A stretch of DNA of 64,000 nucleotides from the NCBI GenBank assembly GCA_964187785.1, contig OZ076409.1:95544001-95608000 (forward strand), written 5' to 3'. The notes beneath the pieces were generated by a model that worked only from the letters and a program-made list of their open reading frames with translations, was not told where the DNA came from and did no database searches. The position numbers and the translations under genes are program-made. Source of the stretch: Amphiscolops sp. MND2022 (taxonomy: Eukaryota). This document shows positions 1 to 13,620 of the stretch, one piece after another (position 1 is the stretch's first letter; each line of letters begins with the position of its first letter).

Positions 1-2487
1 AATATTTATCACAGAATTGATAATGCACCGAAATGAATTGCAGCAAACGTTTTCGTGACAGCTTCGTCTGATAGCATTTCTTCAGAGGAATAATTTATCA
101 AAGCGGAGTCTCTATAAGAAAAAACTGGAGAGTCGGTTTCTGTTTCATTTTTGACCACGCTTCACTTGATCCAGAGGGAAGAAAAATCATCAAACGATGG
201 GTGAAAATTGGCGATCGCACTTGTTAAATGTTCCAAGCTTAAAAATCCAAATCGCCATGTCTCAGTTTCTCGTGATCAAAAAGGTGAACTCTTTGAAATT
301 TTGAGTTGAAAAAAAAAGACTTTGGAAAAAGCGGAATCGATGTTTGTTAGGGATGCAAATATGCCAATGATAATACGATACTACGTGGAGTCACATTTAT
401 AATGAAGTTCGATCAATCAGCGGCCTATTAACCGCCACAAACTGTTTTAGCAAGAACTTGATTTTAACGCTAAGAAGTAACCCATGTATTATGAAAATGC
501 AAAAAGGATTTGATTCTTTTTGATCAATCTCATCGAATTTTGGAAGTAGACCGTTAAATTAAAAACTTTAAGAACACGCTAAGTACATAATTGGTTTCCT
601 GTTGATTTGTGTGGATACCAGTACCCGTGTAACTTTCCAAAACAAATGCAACCCAAATGAGACATAAAGACTTCATTTGAGGATGAAGTAGAAAAAATCC
701 AATTCCCGAAATGAACAAGATCCGGGAATGGCCCATTTTTTATTTTCAAAATTGATACATTTCTCTATGTCATCCATCTCCCCGAAACAAGCTTCAGCAG
801 CAACGTGGTCAACTGATGGTCAAAGCGAAGATGTGAATTTCGCCCTCAGTCACATGTCTTGAATTAAAAGGGATTCGACTTACTCTGCGCTAACACAAGA
901 CCAACGCCTTAACTACAACTTCGTCGTCCTCAAAACAAAGAAATTTTGTTCCTTCAACACAATTTTTTCTTCCAAAAAAGCTTTCTTAAATACAAAAGTA
1001 GAATGAGTTGATGATAGTTTTGTTTTTCCATTTTTTGGACCTTCAAGCATCCAGTAACACCACAAAGTTATTGAAAAAATGTAGAAAATAAGTGGAAAAC
1101 ACTAATTTTGACTTTGATGGATTCAGTCATTCAGAAACGAAAAAAGGTCATGTTTTTCCTACCTAAACACTGCTTTTACTGGCGATATTTCGAGCGCTGT
1201 AGAAAAAAACTCAAGAAAAAAATTGTAACGATGAGCGCTGAGCGTTTGGTCGAAATAAGAGGCGGAACAACCACTACCATGGATATGGTCCGGGACTGAA
1301 ACCACCATAGCATTGGCCCATTTTGCGTCCTAAGGGTTGCCGGTCCCGAAGAGGGGGAACCGGACGCTCTTTGGCCTGAAACCAGTCTGTAACGGCTACT
1401 AGTTACGGGCATTTCTCTTGGACTAGTAACCACCGCAGAAACAGCCTATAAAAACCGAGCCTTTTGATAACTGAAATTCCTCCACAGTGGAAATCTATAA
1501 AACCAAGAACATGAGCTAATTGAAAACAATAATAGGTCTCGAGCATATTAATATACAAACATCAATTAGCACGCAAAATTAGGATAACTCAGTCCAGTTT
1601 GGTGAAATACAGGGTCGTTGAGGCACCAGCGCTCGAGCTGGGCACAACTCTGGGCACGGGCGAATATCTCATGCTGTCATCGAGAATTCCGGCTTCGCAG
1701 AAAAAACGACATGTTTCTCGGGGCTTTTTGGGCAAACACTGTGGTTTTCGCACGTTTCTGTTGTTTTTGTTCACTGCTACGTTCTTCGGTCGTCTCGCGG
1801 GGCGGCTCTGTCGGCCAAGTATTATGTCAAATCTTGCTCAGGATGCCACGTCAGAATTGAAAAAATGTTGAAAACTACCAAATATTTCGTTGATCAGCGG
1901 TTGCCGTTACAATTTAAAAGTGACAAAAAGTAACAAATTTGATAAAACAAAACACAAAGTGCCAACTTTTCATTTTTTGACATTTGCTGGACAATTAATG
2001 GCAAAATCACTGTTTTTAAATCAAAAACTCAGTGTTTTCAAAAAAGGATTCTGAAGAGTTTCTTCTTTCATATTGGAAGTCTTGCAATCTTCGTGTTCTC
2101 CGAACTGTTGAATTATTGAAAAAGTTTTGCCAACGAAGGGGATGAAAAAGGGAATTTAATGTCTTTGAAAACATTTATTGTATGTTTCAATTCAATTTTG
2201 TCCGACATACTTCTTGAAACACATATTGATGGCTAGAAGTTTCAATGTTGAGCCTGCTGGATTTTCTAAGCTCAAAAAATATCCAAAATTGGGATTACGT
2301 TGTCACCATTGGGACCGATAGCGTTTTTTGACTAGTTTGCAGTTTCATATTTTGACGTATTCATTCCTCTTCTGTATTTATTCCTCTTTTTCTCCTGTGT
2401 AGCGTACTAAGTAGCCTATTGTTTCAACAACGAGCTCAATGAAAACTTCGATCAACGAACAAGTCCAAAGAAAATGTGACTAAATTG

Positions 2488-2986
2488 AAACAAGACGGGA
2501 ACGTCTCAAGTCGGCGCTATATCTAAGGCTCAAAAAGCGCAAAACATTTTTTTGGAAAAAAACTTGAATTTTTCGAAAAAAATTTTTCTTTCGGAAAATG
2601 TCGCACAGTGCCGAAAAATGTAAAAGAGGGGACCCTTTTTGATTTATAAACACGCATTCTGTAGCAAAATAAAAAACTCAAAGGGGGGACCCTTTGGGGA
2701 CATTTGAAAAATTTCGAAAAAAATCTCACAGTGCCGAAAAAAAAATCGAAAGGGGGGACCCTTTAGTCCCGTCCGGGCTTGTAGGTAACGTTTAAAAAGT
2801 AAATGAATGCCCTCCCCGTTTGCCTTTACCGGTCCAGTAGTTTAGTACTGTATTTAGTAGTTTAGTAGTTGAACGTTAATTTTAACGTTCGTCGCTTCGA
2901 GTCTGTCTTAAATAAAAAAAAGAAAAAAAAACGAGTGACTGTAATAGTCGGACTCTTTTCTTAGGAAAAGCGCCGACTAAAAAAAC
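2488..2986 (+). mobile_element. DINE-1/HINE-like non-autonomous Helentron element
   Basis: Starts AAACAAGACGGGAACG..AGTCGGCG, internal AAAGGGGGACCCTTT repeats, ends with hairpin AGTCGG..CTTTT-CTTAGG-AAAAG..CCGACT plus an A run. Confidence 0.6.
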
Positions 2987-3019
2987 GCTTTTTGGCAGTT
3001 TCGATTTTTTGGGGAAACG

Positions 3020-3362
3020 CTTCGAGGAACATTTCTGAACGTTTTGAGCAACTGCAGTTATATCATCACAAAACGCGCTGGATATCTAGTTTGTTCGTGT
3101 TTGAATTTTTTCGACAATCTAAGTCATGAAATCTCTAAAAAGCGTTACATTTATAGGCACATTTCTTATAAGCAACTGCAGTTATATCATCTTAATACTG
3201 GATCACGTACTAGATATCTTGTTTGTTCGTGTTTGATTTTTGACGTTCTAACCTATAAAATCTATCAAGAGCTTTACAATTTCGAGAAACATTTCTTACA
3301 AGCAACTACAGTTCCATCTCCACAAAGCGTTCTAGGTATCTAGTTTGTTCGTGTTTGAACTT
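3020..3362. repeat. ~120-130-bp tandem repeat (3 copies)
   Basis: AGCAACT(G/A)CAGTT...ATCT.GTTTGTTCGTGTTTGA repeated at ~3047, ~3170 and ~3301. Confidence 0.8.
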
Positions 3363-3402
3363 TCTAATTTATCCCAAATCACGAAATCGGACAAAGTTGT
3401 AA

Positions 3403-4390
3403 CAAACAAGACGGGAACGTTCAAAGATAGCAAAAGGACTTCAAAATGTCAAAGTATTGGTAAATTGGGGCCTTTTTTGAAAAAAAATTGAAAAAAGTCT
3501 CACAATGCCAAAAAAAACTGAAAGGGGGGACCCTTTGGGATTTTTCAACAGTCATTCTGTCAGAAAATATCAAAAAATTGAAGGAGGACAGTTCGGCGAA
3601 ATAGTTGTTTCGGAAAAAAAAGTCTCACAGAGCCGATAATACTCTAAGGGAGTATCCTTTGGCCCCGTTGACTTTCTTAGATGATGTAAAAATACTACTT
3701 CGTAAGCTATATAAAAAGTATAAGAAATTAAAAAAGTGTGAGAATTGTAAGAAAAGTGGACCACTCAGAGTGAGATTGTCAACTGAAGAAGAAAACAAGA
3801 CGGGAACGTCCCAAGTCGGCGCCATATCTTAGGCTCAAAAATATTCAAGGAACAACTATTGGAAATATTTGGAAAAAAAAATTTTCAAAAAAAATTTTTC
3901 AATTTTTTTTTCAAAAAAAGTATTTTTTTGAGTCGCACAATGCCGAAAAACTCAAAAAGAGGCCATTCAGGCTCATTCAACGTTTTCTACAAACCGAAAA
4001 CTTCAAAAAAAATGCAAGGGGGTACCCTTTGATAAAATTTGAAAATTTTCGAAAAAAGTCGCATAGTGCCGAAAAAAATCCCAAAGGGGGGACCCTTTGG
4101 TCTCACCTGTACTTTTGGGAAGCATTAAAAAATTTATGGTTTAGTGCGAGAATCGAACCCACGATCTACTGCTTCTCAGAAAATTAGTTGAACAAATGTG
4201 AACAAATGTGAACAAAGATTGTAAGAAAAGTGGACCACTCAGAGTGTGATTGTCAACTGAAAAAAAACAAAAAAAACTACTCACTGTAAGAGTCGGTCTT
4301 TTTCCCTTAAGGGAAAAGGCGCCGACTAAAAAACTACCCACTGTAATAGTCAGGCTTTTTTCCTTAAGGAAAAAGGCGCCGACTGAAAAC
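3403..4390 (+). mobile_element. Two adjacent HINE-like copies (3403-~3790; 3793-4390, with duplicated 3' hairpin)
   Basis: Same AAACAAGACGGGAACG start at 3403 and 3793. Terminal hairpins at ~4291-4328 and ~4348-4385. Further family members at ~15408, ~35690-36082 (minus) and ~41930-42235. Confidence 0.6.
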
Positions 4391-7300
4391 TGTGTTGAAA
4401 AGTTAACAATCAAAAAACTGTTGAATCTCAAGACCTTTTTAGCGTCATTCCATGGATGTTTTAATAGCATAGAACTGCAATCTCTTCAAAAAAGCCCTCG
4501 TAGTGAATTGACCGCCGATTGCGCCAAAGTTGACAAACGGGAAATTCTGTTGCGTCATTTTTGTGGGTATAATTTCACAAAAAAGTCAATTGTTCCGAGT
4601 TGGGTGGTAGCAGATTCCTCAAAATGCTCAAAGCGTCGGGATTTGATAACGTGTGGGCAACAATGCAAAAAAATTGATGGTGGGATCTCCCGGATCTCAA
4701 CTAGTTTTCGAATTTTGCGTCAATTTCAAATGAATTTCAAGCAAAACTGCGTCTAAGTTCTCTCAATGTTTAGTACCACTAGCGCAACGAAAATTACAAA
4801 CCTAACGAAACGCTTTGCGGTGTACACGATGGTGCAATTCGTTTTGAGTTGCTCCTACTAAGAGAGATTTCGACCTGTCTCAGAAACACTGTTCTCGAGA
4901 TCCCAAAATGTCAGATGAACAACGTTTTTCGCTGCTTCCCGGCAACCAAGGCTCGGAATCACTAGCGGTTTTCTGCGTTAGCAACGTTATACTTCATATA
5001 AACAGAACTTAGGCAAATGAAACTTGGTAGATTTCAAATTAGGTCTCTCAAAAGACTTTCAAGTAGCACCTTTTTACACTCTGAGTACAGTTCGAAAATT
5101 ACGTTTTTTCACAAAGAATTTTTAATTTTTTTCTCTGTTTTCAGACATTCTGGGTTGTTTTAACAGTAACGTGGGAAGGTGTAACAATTTTATTCACGGT
5201 ACCGGGGTTGTTTCATTTATTACTACTGATTTTTGTCTCACTCAGGTCTATGGTGTCCTCTACTCAGGTCTATGTTATCAAAAGAAGTCAAAATTAAAAG
5301 TTTCAGTTCATATTGTGAAACGCTAGAAAACGTCTCAGCAGGTATTTCGTACCACCAACCTCGGTAAATTGCTTCTGGACTATTCTAAAAGCCCTGTAGA
5401 ATTTACCCAGGGTTTCACCCTCACCAAATTTGGTCCAATTTGCCAAATTTGATGTTTTTAAACAAAAACCGCGGAATTTTCTTTTGTTTTCACCATTTAG
5501 CCTAGTAAATGTGTAAGTGTTTCTGTTCCTGGCCTGATAGATCTAATGGAACGTTTTTGTTGCTTTCCAACTGATCGTACCATCCTTTGAAAAATTTTGG
5601 TTTTCGAAAGTAACTGAATGAAAAATCGAGCTAATTGGAGCATTGTAGCTAGCTTGCTATTATTTCTCACCTAACGATCAGAATATGTACTGGGTTTTTT
5701 CTCAGTTATTACTAGTGAGGTTTAGGCCTGGGGAAAGCCTTAGATGCCACTTAACAAAAGGGACAAAGTGAGTACGCCGAATCTGAGGGTGTCGTAGCCA
5801 CTCAGGGGTCGAAAAAGGGGTAGTGTCTCCATCCTGCTCGAGAACTCATCCAAAGCAGCGGGGGCCTTCATCAACCATCCTGACAGTTCAAGTATATTAA
5901 CAATTAGTTGAAACAAGGCATCAGAACCCTTTAAAACAAAATGCGGTGAAGCCGGATACTAGTTTTTACTGGTATTATTCCGTCAAACAGGGTACTTTTT
6001 ATAAATTGTCAATTTTTTCGTCAAACATCGGAAATACGCAGGAAACGGATGGATTTTGCTAGAAGAACGCCTACCAGGCTCAAGAAAAACAAAACATAAT
6101 CTAGGACCCCAAATAGGTTTTTCCTAGATCTTGACCTTACAGGGCCGGAAAGGAGAAAAACTCCAAATGTTGAAGAACAGTTGAAAACACTGAAAAAAAC
6201 CCTCCGTGGTCGCTATAAAATATTCTGGATGTAACGTCAAGCTAGCAGTGTACATCCTGGGACAGTGCCTAGATAGCTTAAACAGGGGCCCATTATCTTA
6301 GTACAACGCTAGACACTAGCGTTTTATCTCAAAAAGGTCTCCTAGGGGGACTGTTCGTACGTCGAGGCGAGGAGGTTCCTCGTGTTAATGCTTCGAGGCA
6401 ACGTGCCAAAGCCCACGAAATCCGGACACATTTCATAAGCCGTGAAAATTGGGGAAAAAATATCTAAAATGATGATCTTTTGCTTCGAACAATACTGACT
6501 TTCTGCATACGCTACAACTACGTTGCAACAAACTGAGAAAAAATCAATGTTCAGTCTCAGCGAGTCTTGGACTTGCGGTGTGGCACATGCAAAATTTGCA
6601 ATTTTCATTTATTGAGTTATCTCATCTCGTGTACCTTCTTCAGGTTCCGCGGTTAACTGGGGCGTTTTCCGATGAGGATGGCTCCACAGGTCGATTTCGA
6701 GATTCGTCTACGTCTCATTCTCCGGGGTTTTCTCTCATGGAGGTCTGTCTTTTGTCGCTTTTGGTCTTCCAGAATGATTTCATGTACCTGCCAAATCAAG
6801 CATGTCGCAATTTTCAATTCAAAATTTCTAACAGGTACTCTGTAACCAATCTGCTTGAAGTTACAAACTCCAAGAAAGACGTCAAAAGGAAAATAATAGT
6901 TTGATTTCTTTCGACTGATTTTGAGGTCATTTAGGACAAAGCTACATGTGGAAAAATTTTCACAAAAACCAAGTTTTGCAGGAAACCATGTGACAATTGA
7001 TTTCTGTGATTAAACATATATACTTTTTTTGCTCAGTTTTTTTGCTCAATGCTTTTAGAATTTCTCGACTTGACTAGTCTCACAAGGGAAAGTTGACATG
7101 TCATATCACAGATCGAAAAGAATCTTTTATCGGACATTACGAAAAGTCTTCTTGTGTAGAGCTATTGTTTACACCTTGAGCAAGTCTCTTTGAAACTGGA
7201 GCTTCAAGCCGACCATTGCTTGACCCTTTGGCTGCCAATTTTACAATAGCTTACCTCCGAAATGCAAAGGAGAACTGCTTATTCGGCGTCGGCATAACAA

Positions 7301-8087
7301 CAACTCATATCAAGCGTCAACTCACATCATATTGGAAAGTCGACAACTCGACTCGTATGAAGCGACTACTCCTATCAATTAGGAAAAAGTGACGCCTCAT
7401 ATCAACATTAAATAGAAGCACAAACAATATCTAATCAGGCAGTTAATACGAACAAAAGCAGTTCCAAATTCAAAATTGTTCGCTAAACCTTCCAGTAGTG
7501 AGAGAACGCGGTTGTTTTGATAAATGATCAAAGTAGTTTTGAGCCACTCGTTAGCTTCAGCATACATTGCATCTTTGCGCGACTGCTCTCCAGCTTGAAT
7601 ACGAGCATTTTTCAACATTTTCCAATGTCACGTTATGACTAACGCTTAATCAATAATTTAAAAGCAACTGCAACAATAAAGCGCTTAACATAAAAAACAC
7701 CTGATTTAATAAAACGCTCAACAATCATCCCAGGGCTACTCTTCCGTTTCTATACAAAAAGCACATGCATAAATACAAAGCATAGTAAACATCTTTGTGC
7801 TACAGTGCAGTATATGATTGAAAAACACCTGAATTAATAAAATACTCAACAATTGTCCCCTGACTTCAGTGCAGTTTGTATTCAAAAAACACCTGCAGAA
7901 ACAAAGCAAAAAAATTGAGCTAACCTGGAGAAGGAGAGATTTAATAATTGATTAAGTAGGGCGGCTGGCAGAAGAAAGGGAGGCCGCAGAATAATAAAGT
8001 AAATACTCGAGGGACACAAAAACCGCGGGATTGCACAAATGAAAAATTCTATTATTCACCGCGGAGATAAGAAGTCTAAAGCTAAGC

Positions 8088-8156
8088 TCTGATTGGCTGA
8101 ACAAAAAACAGGCCAATCAGGCACTTCGGCAGAAGTGCTGAACTGTTTTTATACGG
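8088..8156 (+). promoter_or_regulatory. Putative LTR U3 promoter (inverted CCAAT pair plus TATA-like)
   Basis: CTGATTGG...CCAATCAG followed by TTTTATAC; conserved in the 3' LTR near 12573-12640. Confidence 0.4.
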
Positions 8157-10950
8157 CGTGCACAGGCTGGAGCTTCATTCTCCCTGCCAACCGGCAAAGC
8201 TTCAACTTAAAGAAGCTCTTTCCTTTCCTCGCTTCTCCTTCTCTTCCCTTCAACTTGCTCCAACTCTACTTATCTTCTCTTCGCTAAATTCTTGAATTAT
8301 TTTCCCCTCGGACTAAAAAAACTCTATCTTCCTTTCTTCCCCTCTTTGGCTTTGGCTCTCAAATTCACATCCCTCTTGCTTGAATTTTCTATCTTAGAAA
8401 ATTCACCTCAATCCGACAACAGTTCCCGGTCTGGTGAGTGAAAAAATAACTTAATTTCTTTTTGAGGAGATTTCTGATTTCTTCTTGTTTACCCAGTAAG
8501 TTTGTTCCTTAAAAAAAGTCCTAATGCTGTCTCTCTACCCAACAGAGCAGTGACTTCAAAAAACTAAAACTCACCGGTTTAAATTATCACCGGCTAAAAC
8601 CATTTCTCATTTGGAGCGAATCAAAAAGCATTTTCATTATGAAAGTGTAAAAGCCTACAGTTTAGTCTGTAAATTTTATTACGACTTTTCTGATGTATAT
8701 AAATGTTTTCTGATGTATTTTATGAAGCTACTTTGCTCGAAGTCGAAGTAAATCCTTCAAATTTACTGCTGAAGTAAAGTAAATAGTTATTTTACTGCTG
8801 GATTTATTTAAAGATGAAATAGAAACTGAGATGCCTAACAAATTTTACTTTGTACTTTTGTCCGTTCATGTGATATATTTCAATATAATTCCTTTCTATA
8901 CTTTTCCGCTTTTCAGATAACTCATTTGCATACACTGCCTTGCACTTACTCACGCAACTCCCTTTGTTCGCACGTACACGCAAGGCACTTCCTTTCTAGT
9001 CTTGCACGGAGTAAGCTTTGAGACTTTCTTACTCACTTCTAATCAATAATAGAACGGTCGCTTGAAATCACTTTACAAAATGCTACAGACAACTAAACTG
9101 ACTAATACCAATTGTTTTCATCGAGTTCGATCAATTGTGAATCGACGGAGCACACTTTGTAATTTTTCAAATGCTCCAGGAATCGAGGGAGCACACCTTG
9201 AAAAAGTATAAAGTGATTATGCGTGCGACAAACTGGTGCGACCTGTGAGGCAGTTTTTTCAGTAAATGAGCAGTCAGTTGGAATCCCTACTCGTTGAAGT
9301 TAGGGTTAACTACTTGCTCACTCTAATTTCAACCTTTACTTTGTTTCTTTGTTTGCCACAATATGTTACAACGTTACCAGGGAAAACGCACATTTCCGAG
9401 ATACTCATCAGCAATAGAGCACGAAGCCCTCACCGCCCAGACCCAGATATCACCTCACCGAAAAACCAGCAGTTTCTGACGCCCACCTCGCCTGGTCAAA
9501 CTTCAACCTCCCAACCACCTGGCCTTGAGACACTACTTCAAACCAAAATACAACCACTTGCTATACCACGAAAATAGCGCCCCTGAACAATTTTCCCAAA
9601 AACCCAGCTCTGAAGATGTCAACAACGACAAACACTCTAATACTCCACGACGACCCCCAAATAACTCTATCACCTCCAATCCTTACAAAGGTGTCTACAA
9701 GAGGTGGAATGGTGCTTATCAAACTGGACCAAATTGCCGTTACACATCTGAGAACAGCCGGGTTGCCATACCCGTTTCACAGAGACTATTACCACTGGGC
9801 TACCACAGGACCCCTTGATTTGCAACCTCTCGAATTGCCACCCCTCATTGCAACAGTCAAAATTTATTGGAATGGATGTTCCAAACAAGAAACTAATAAA
9901 TTTGTATCTGTTTTGTTGAAATCCGAGACCCTGACAGCAAAATTCTCTCCACCCCCTTCATTGTACAGCTATTTTACAAAAACTTCAAGAACAAAAACGG
10001 AGAGTCACTGCACCGAAGCTTCAAATTAACGCCTTCTGGAAATAGCATCGAAGGTGGAACCAAAGACTTCCTGCCCTCACTATTTTCAACGCTACTCTAG
10101 CTAAAGATAATATCGTCACTTTCGGCATTCTTATCAAACGACTCTCACCCCCAGCTCCGTAGGATACATTTCTACCCTCAATAGTCTTTGATACTTTCTC
10201 GGACTTTCTCGTACTTTCTTCTGGGCACCCCTCTTTTAGCAAAATTTTAAGCAGACAACCTGGACCCACCGGTCTTCCTAAAATACTAGACTTAGTCTAC
10301 TATATAATAATAATAAAAGAAACACATTTCTTGTTATACTCTCCATTGCCAAAAAAGGCTGCAACATTTCATATAGAAATCCACAGCTTCTGGCCACACC
10401 AACCAAAACTTTGGCTTATCCTCGGTCAACACGACCTCATTTAGCACTTTTCCTTCTCAACAAACTAATCGACCTCCTTGACTTGAGAAGAAGAAACAAA
10501 CTCTCTCCCAGTCTACAATCAATCAGCGACAGTTACAGTTGAACCTTCACAAATAGCTGAAGTTAGTTTCTTTCACATTTCTATTCGGGCACTTTTTAAC
10601 AGTAGTGAGGTTACTACTATAAAACTTTAACCTCCGCTTAGTGTTAGTGCCAACTAAGCTGTCGGTTTGATATTATGACTTGCCTTTTTACGGCCTTATT
10701 ACGGATCCACAACCTTGAACAAAATAAACAGGAACAACTAGACTTATATACATCTTAGGGACGTTTGAACAGTAGTGAGGTTACTCTTATAACATATTAA
10801 TCTCCGCTTAGTGTTGTGCCAGCTAAGCTGCCGGTTTGATATTACGGCTTGCCTTTTTACGGTCTCCACTAAAAACTAATTTTTTTCGAAAGGAACACTT
10901 ACGCGATTGATTGCAAAAAGACGAAAAGATAGAAAAGAAGAATTTCTAAA

Positions 10951-11620
10951 ATGAAATTATTTCTCTTTTTATTTTTTGCGCCAATTTACGCGCCCGTTGT
11001 GATATCACAACGTCCAACGCCAAACCTCGCTAGCGTTGTTAAAAATCTGCGAGTTACTCAATTCCTCTGATGAGAGATGACCCAAAATAAACTCTACGCG
11101 ATGAATCAATTCACCCGAAATAATGGGTAAAGGCAGACTTGCCGGATACTTGCTCACGGGGCACGAACTTTGTCCCCAAACACTGATGGAAGCCTTGCTT
11201 GGCTTCAGCACTGTCTGAAATCCCGCTCACTCCTTCACACAATGAAATAATGATGCGAACGCATCCCTATCTCCTATAAAAGAGTGGTTGCTTTCGTGGA
11301 CCCATTTACCCGCAAAACCTATCGTTATACGAACGTGCAAACTTCACTAAATTGCGTCAAGAACTTCTTCCAAGAAAAAACTTGAAACACAAAGATTCCT
11401 GGTTTACACTTACACTGTCACCCAAAAATTGAGACCTACCAGCTTTTTTCGGAACAAAAGACATCCAACCAATGATTACCAGGTTCTCCCCTGGATCACA
11501 AAATACAAGAATGTGCACCCCAACAACTATCTGATATTTGGTCCAACATCCTCATTAGCGCAGCATCAATGAACGCCCTTCAGAAGTTTTCCAGCGAACT
11601 CAGTGTACCCTCCATGGCTC
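10951..11620 (+). pseudogene. Decayed env-like glycoprotein fragment (resembles chuvirus/gB-type class III fusogen C-terminal region)
   Basis: Signal-peptide-like start MKLFLFLFFAPIYA at 10951. Frameshifted pieces read LAGYLLTG..TDGSLAWLQHC..CERIPISYKRVVAFVDPFTRKTY and IWSNILISAASMNALQKFSSEL. Family assignment from recalled motif spacing only. Confidence 0.55.
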
Positions 11621-12981
11621 ACATCGAAAAAAAGGTCAAATTGGAAGATGAAAACGAGCGAGTAGAACTCTAAAAAAAGACAAACTGCCCCTCCGTGCAG
11701 AGATTTGTTACTGAAATCTAAACAATGTCTCACCTTTTTTCAAGTTTACTAATTGCAACCTATTATTCTACATGCCAAACCTGGACGACGACACCCCTGA
11801 TCCAATCTTAGAAGACTATCTACAATTTGATGAACAATTACGAATCTACCCATCCAAACAACTTCACTCTCTCTCGCCTCATGCGAGAAGGTTTTATCTC
11901 CCCAGACGGAACTACTTGCAAAATTCAGGAATGCCGTTCTAAACAATGACTCAATCATAATACAAATAAAATTTAATTACCCTTCTCAACAAATTCCTCT
12001 TCCTGAAACCCGTTTCCCAAAAGCCCCTCATTTTTGACCCGTACCCCAAACCCCCTCATTTATGACCCAATCACTAAATTCTCTATTTTTTAACCTTCCC
12101 AGGGGGGTGAGCTGTCGCGTAATGACTAGCGCTTAATTAATAATTTAAAAGCAACTGCAACAATAAAGCGCATAACAAAAAAACACCTGATTTAATTAAA
12201 CGCTCAATAATCATCCCAGGGCTACTCTTCCGTTTCTATACAAAAAACACCTGCATAAATACAAAGCATAATAAACATCTTTGTGCTACAGTGCAGTTTA
12301 TGATTGAAAAACACCTGAATTAATAAAATACTTAACAATTGTCCCCTGGCTTCAGTGCAGTTTGTATTCAAAAAACACCTGCAAAAACAAAGCAAAAAAT
12401 TGAACTAACCTGGAGAAGGAGAGATTAAATAATTGATTAAGTGAGGCGGCTGGCAGAAGAAAGGGAGGCCGCAGAATAATAAAGTAAATACTCGAGGGAC
12501 ACAAATACCGCGGGATTGAACAAATGAAAAATTCTATTATTCACCGCCGAGACAAGAAGTCTAAAACTAAGCTCTGATTGGCTGAACCAAAAACAGGCCA
12601 ATCAGGCACTTCGGCAGAAGTGCTGAACTGCTTTTATACGGCGTGCACATGCTGGAGCTTCATTCTCCTCGCCAACCGGCAAAGCTTCAACTTAAAGAAG
12701 CTCTCTCCTTTCCTCGCTTCTCCTTCTTTTCCCTTCAACTTGCTCCACCTCTACTTATCTTCTCTTTGCTAAATTCTTGAATTATTTTCCTTTTGGACTT
12801 AAAAATTCTATCTTCTTTTCTTCCCCTCTTTTGCTTTGGCTCTCAAATTTGCTAAGTCACATCCCTCTTACTTGAATTTTCTATCTTCGAAAATTCACCT
12901 CAATCCGACGACAGTCCCCGGTCTGGTGAGTGGAAAAATAACTTAGTTTCTTTTTGTGGAGATTCTGACTAAATTTTTTTT

Positions 12982-13620
12982 TCTTAGAAAAATTTCACTG
13001 ATTCTACTCAGTGGTTGTTTAAATTATATCTTCGAAAAATTCCACTGATTCTACTCCGTGGTTGTTTAAATTATATCTTATAAAAATTCCACTGATTCTA
13101 CTCAGTGGTTGTTTACTTTATATCTTCGAAAATTTCCACTGATTCTACTCAGTGGTTGTTTAAATTATATCTTAGAAAAATTCCACTGATTCTACTCAGT
13201 GGTTGTTTAAATTTTATCTTATAAAAATTCCACTGAGTCTACTCAGTGGTTGTTTTAATTATATCTTAGAAAAATTCCAACGATTCTATCCAGTGGTTGT
13301 TTAAATTATATCTTAGAAAAATTCCACTGTTTCTACTCAGTGGTTGTTTAAATTATATCTTATAAAAACTCCACTGATTCTACTCAGTGGTTGTTTAATA
13401 TATATCTTAGAAAAATTCCACTGATTCTACTCAGAGGTTGTTTAAATTATATCTTAGAAAAATTCCACTGATTCTACTCAGTGGTTGTTTAAATTATATC
13501 TGAGAAAAATTCCACTGATTCTACTCAGTGATTGTTTAAAATATATCTTAGAAAAATTCCACTGATTCTACTCAGTGGTTGTTTAATTTATGTCTTCGAA
13601 AAATTTAACTGATTCTATTC
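12982..13620. repeat. 47-bp tandem array (~13-14 copies) inside the 3' LTR
   Basis: CACTG recurs at 12996, 13043, 13090, 13137 ... 13560 (period 47). The consensus unit holds hairpin CCACTGA-TTCTAC-TCAGTGG. Confidence 0.95.

Noticed and set aside
4141..4756. 109-aa and 168-aa ORFs
   Set aside because: They run through HINE terminal repeats and low-complexity DNA with no protein-like motifs.
12982..13620. CRISPR-like array of palindromic repeats
   Set aside because: Units are contiguous 47-mers without unique spacers, there are no cas genes, and the context is a eukaryotic LTR.
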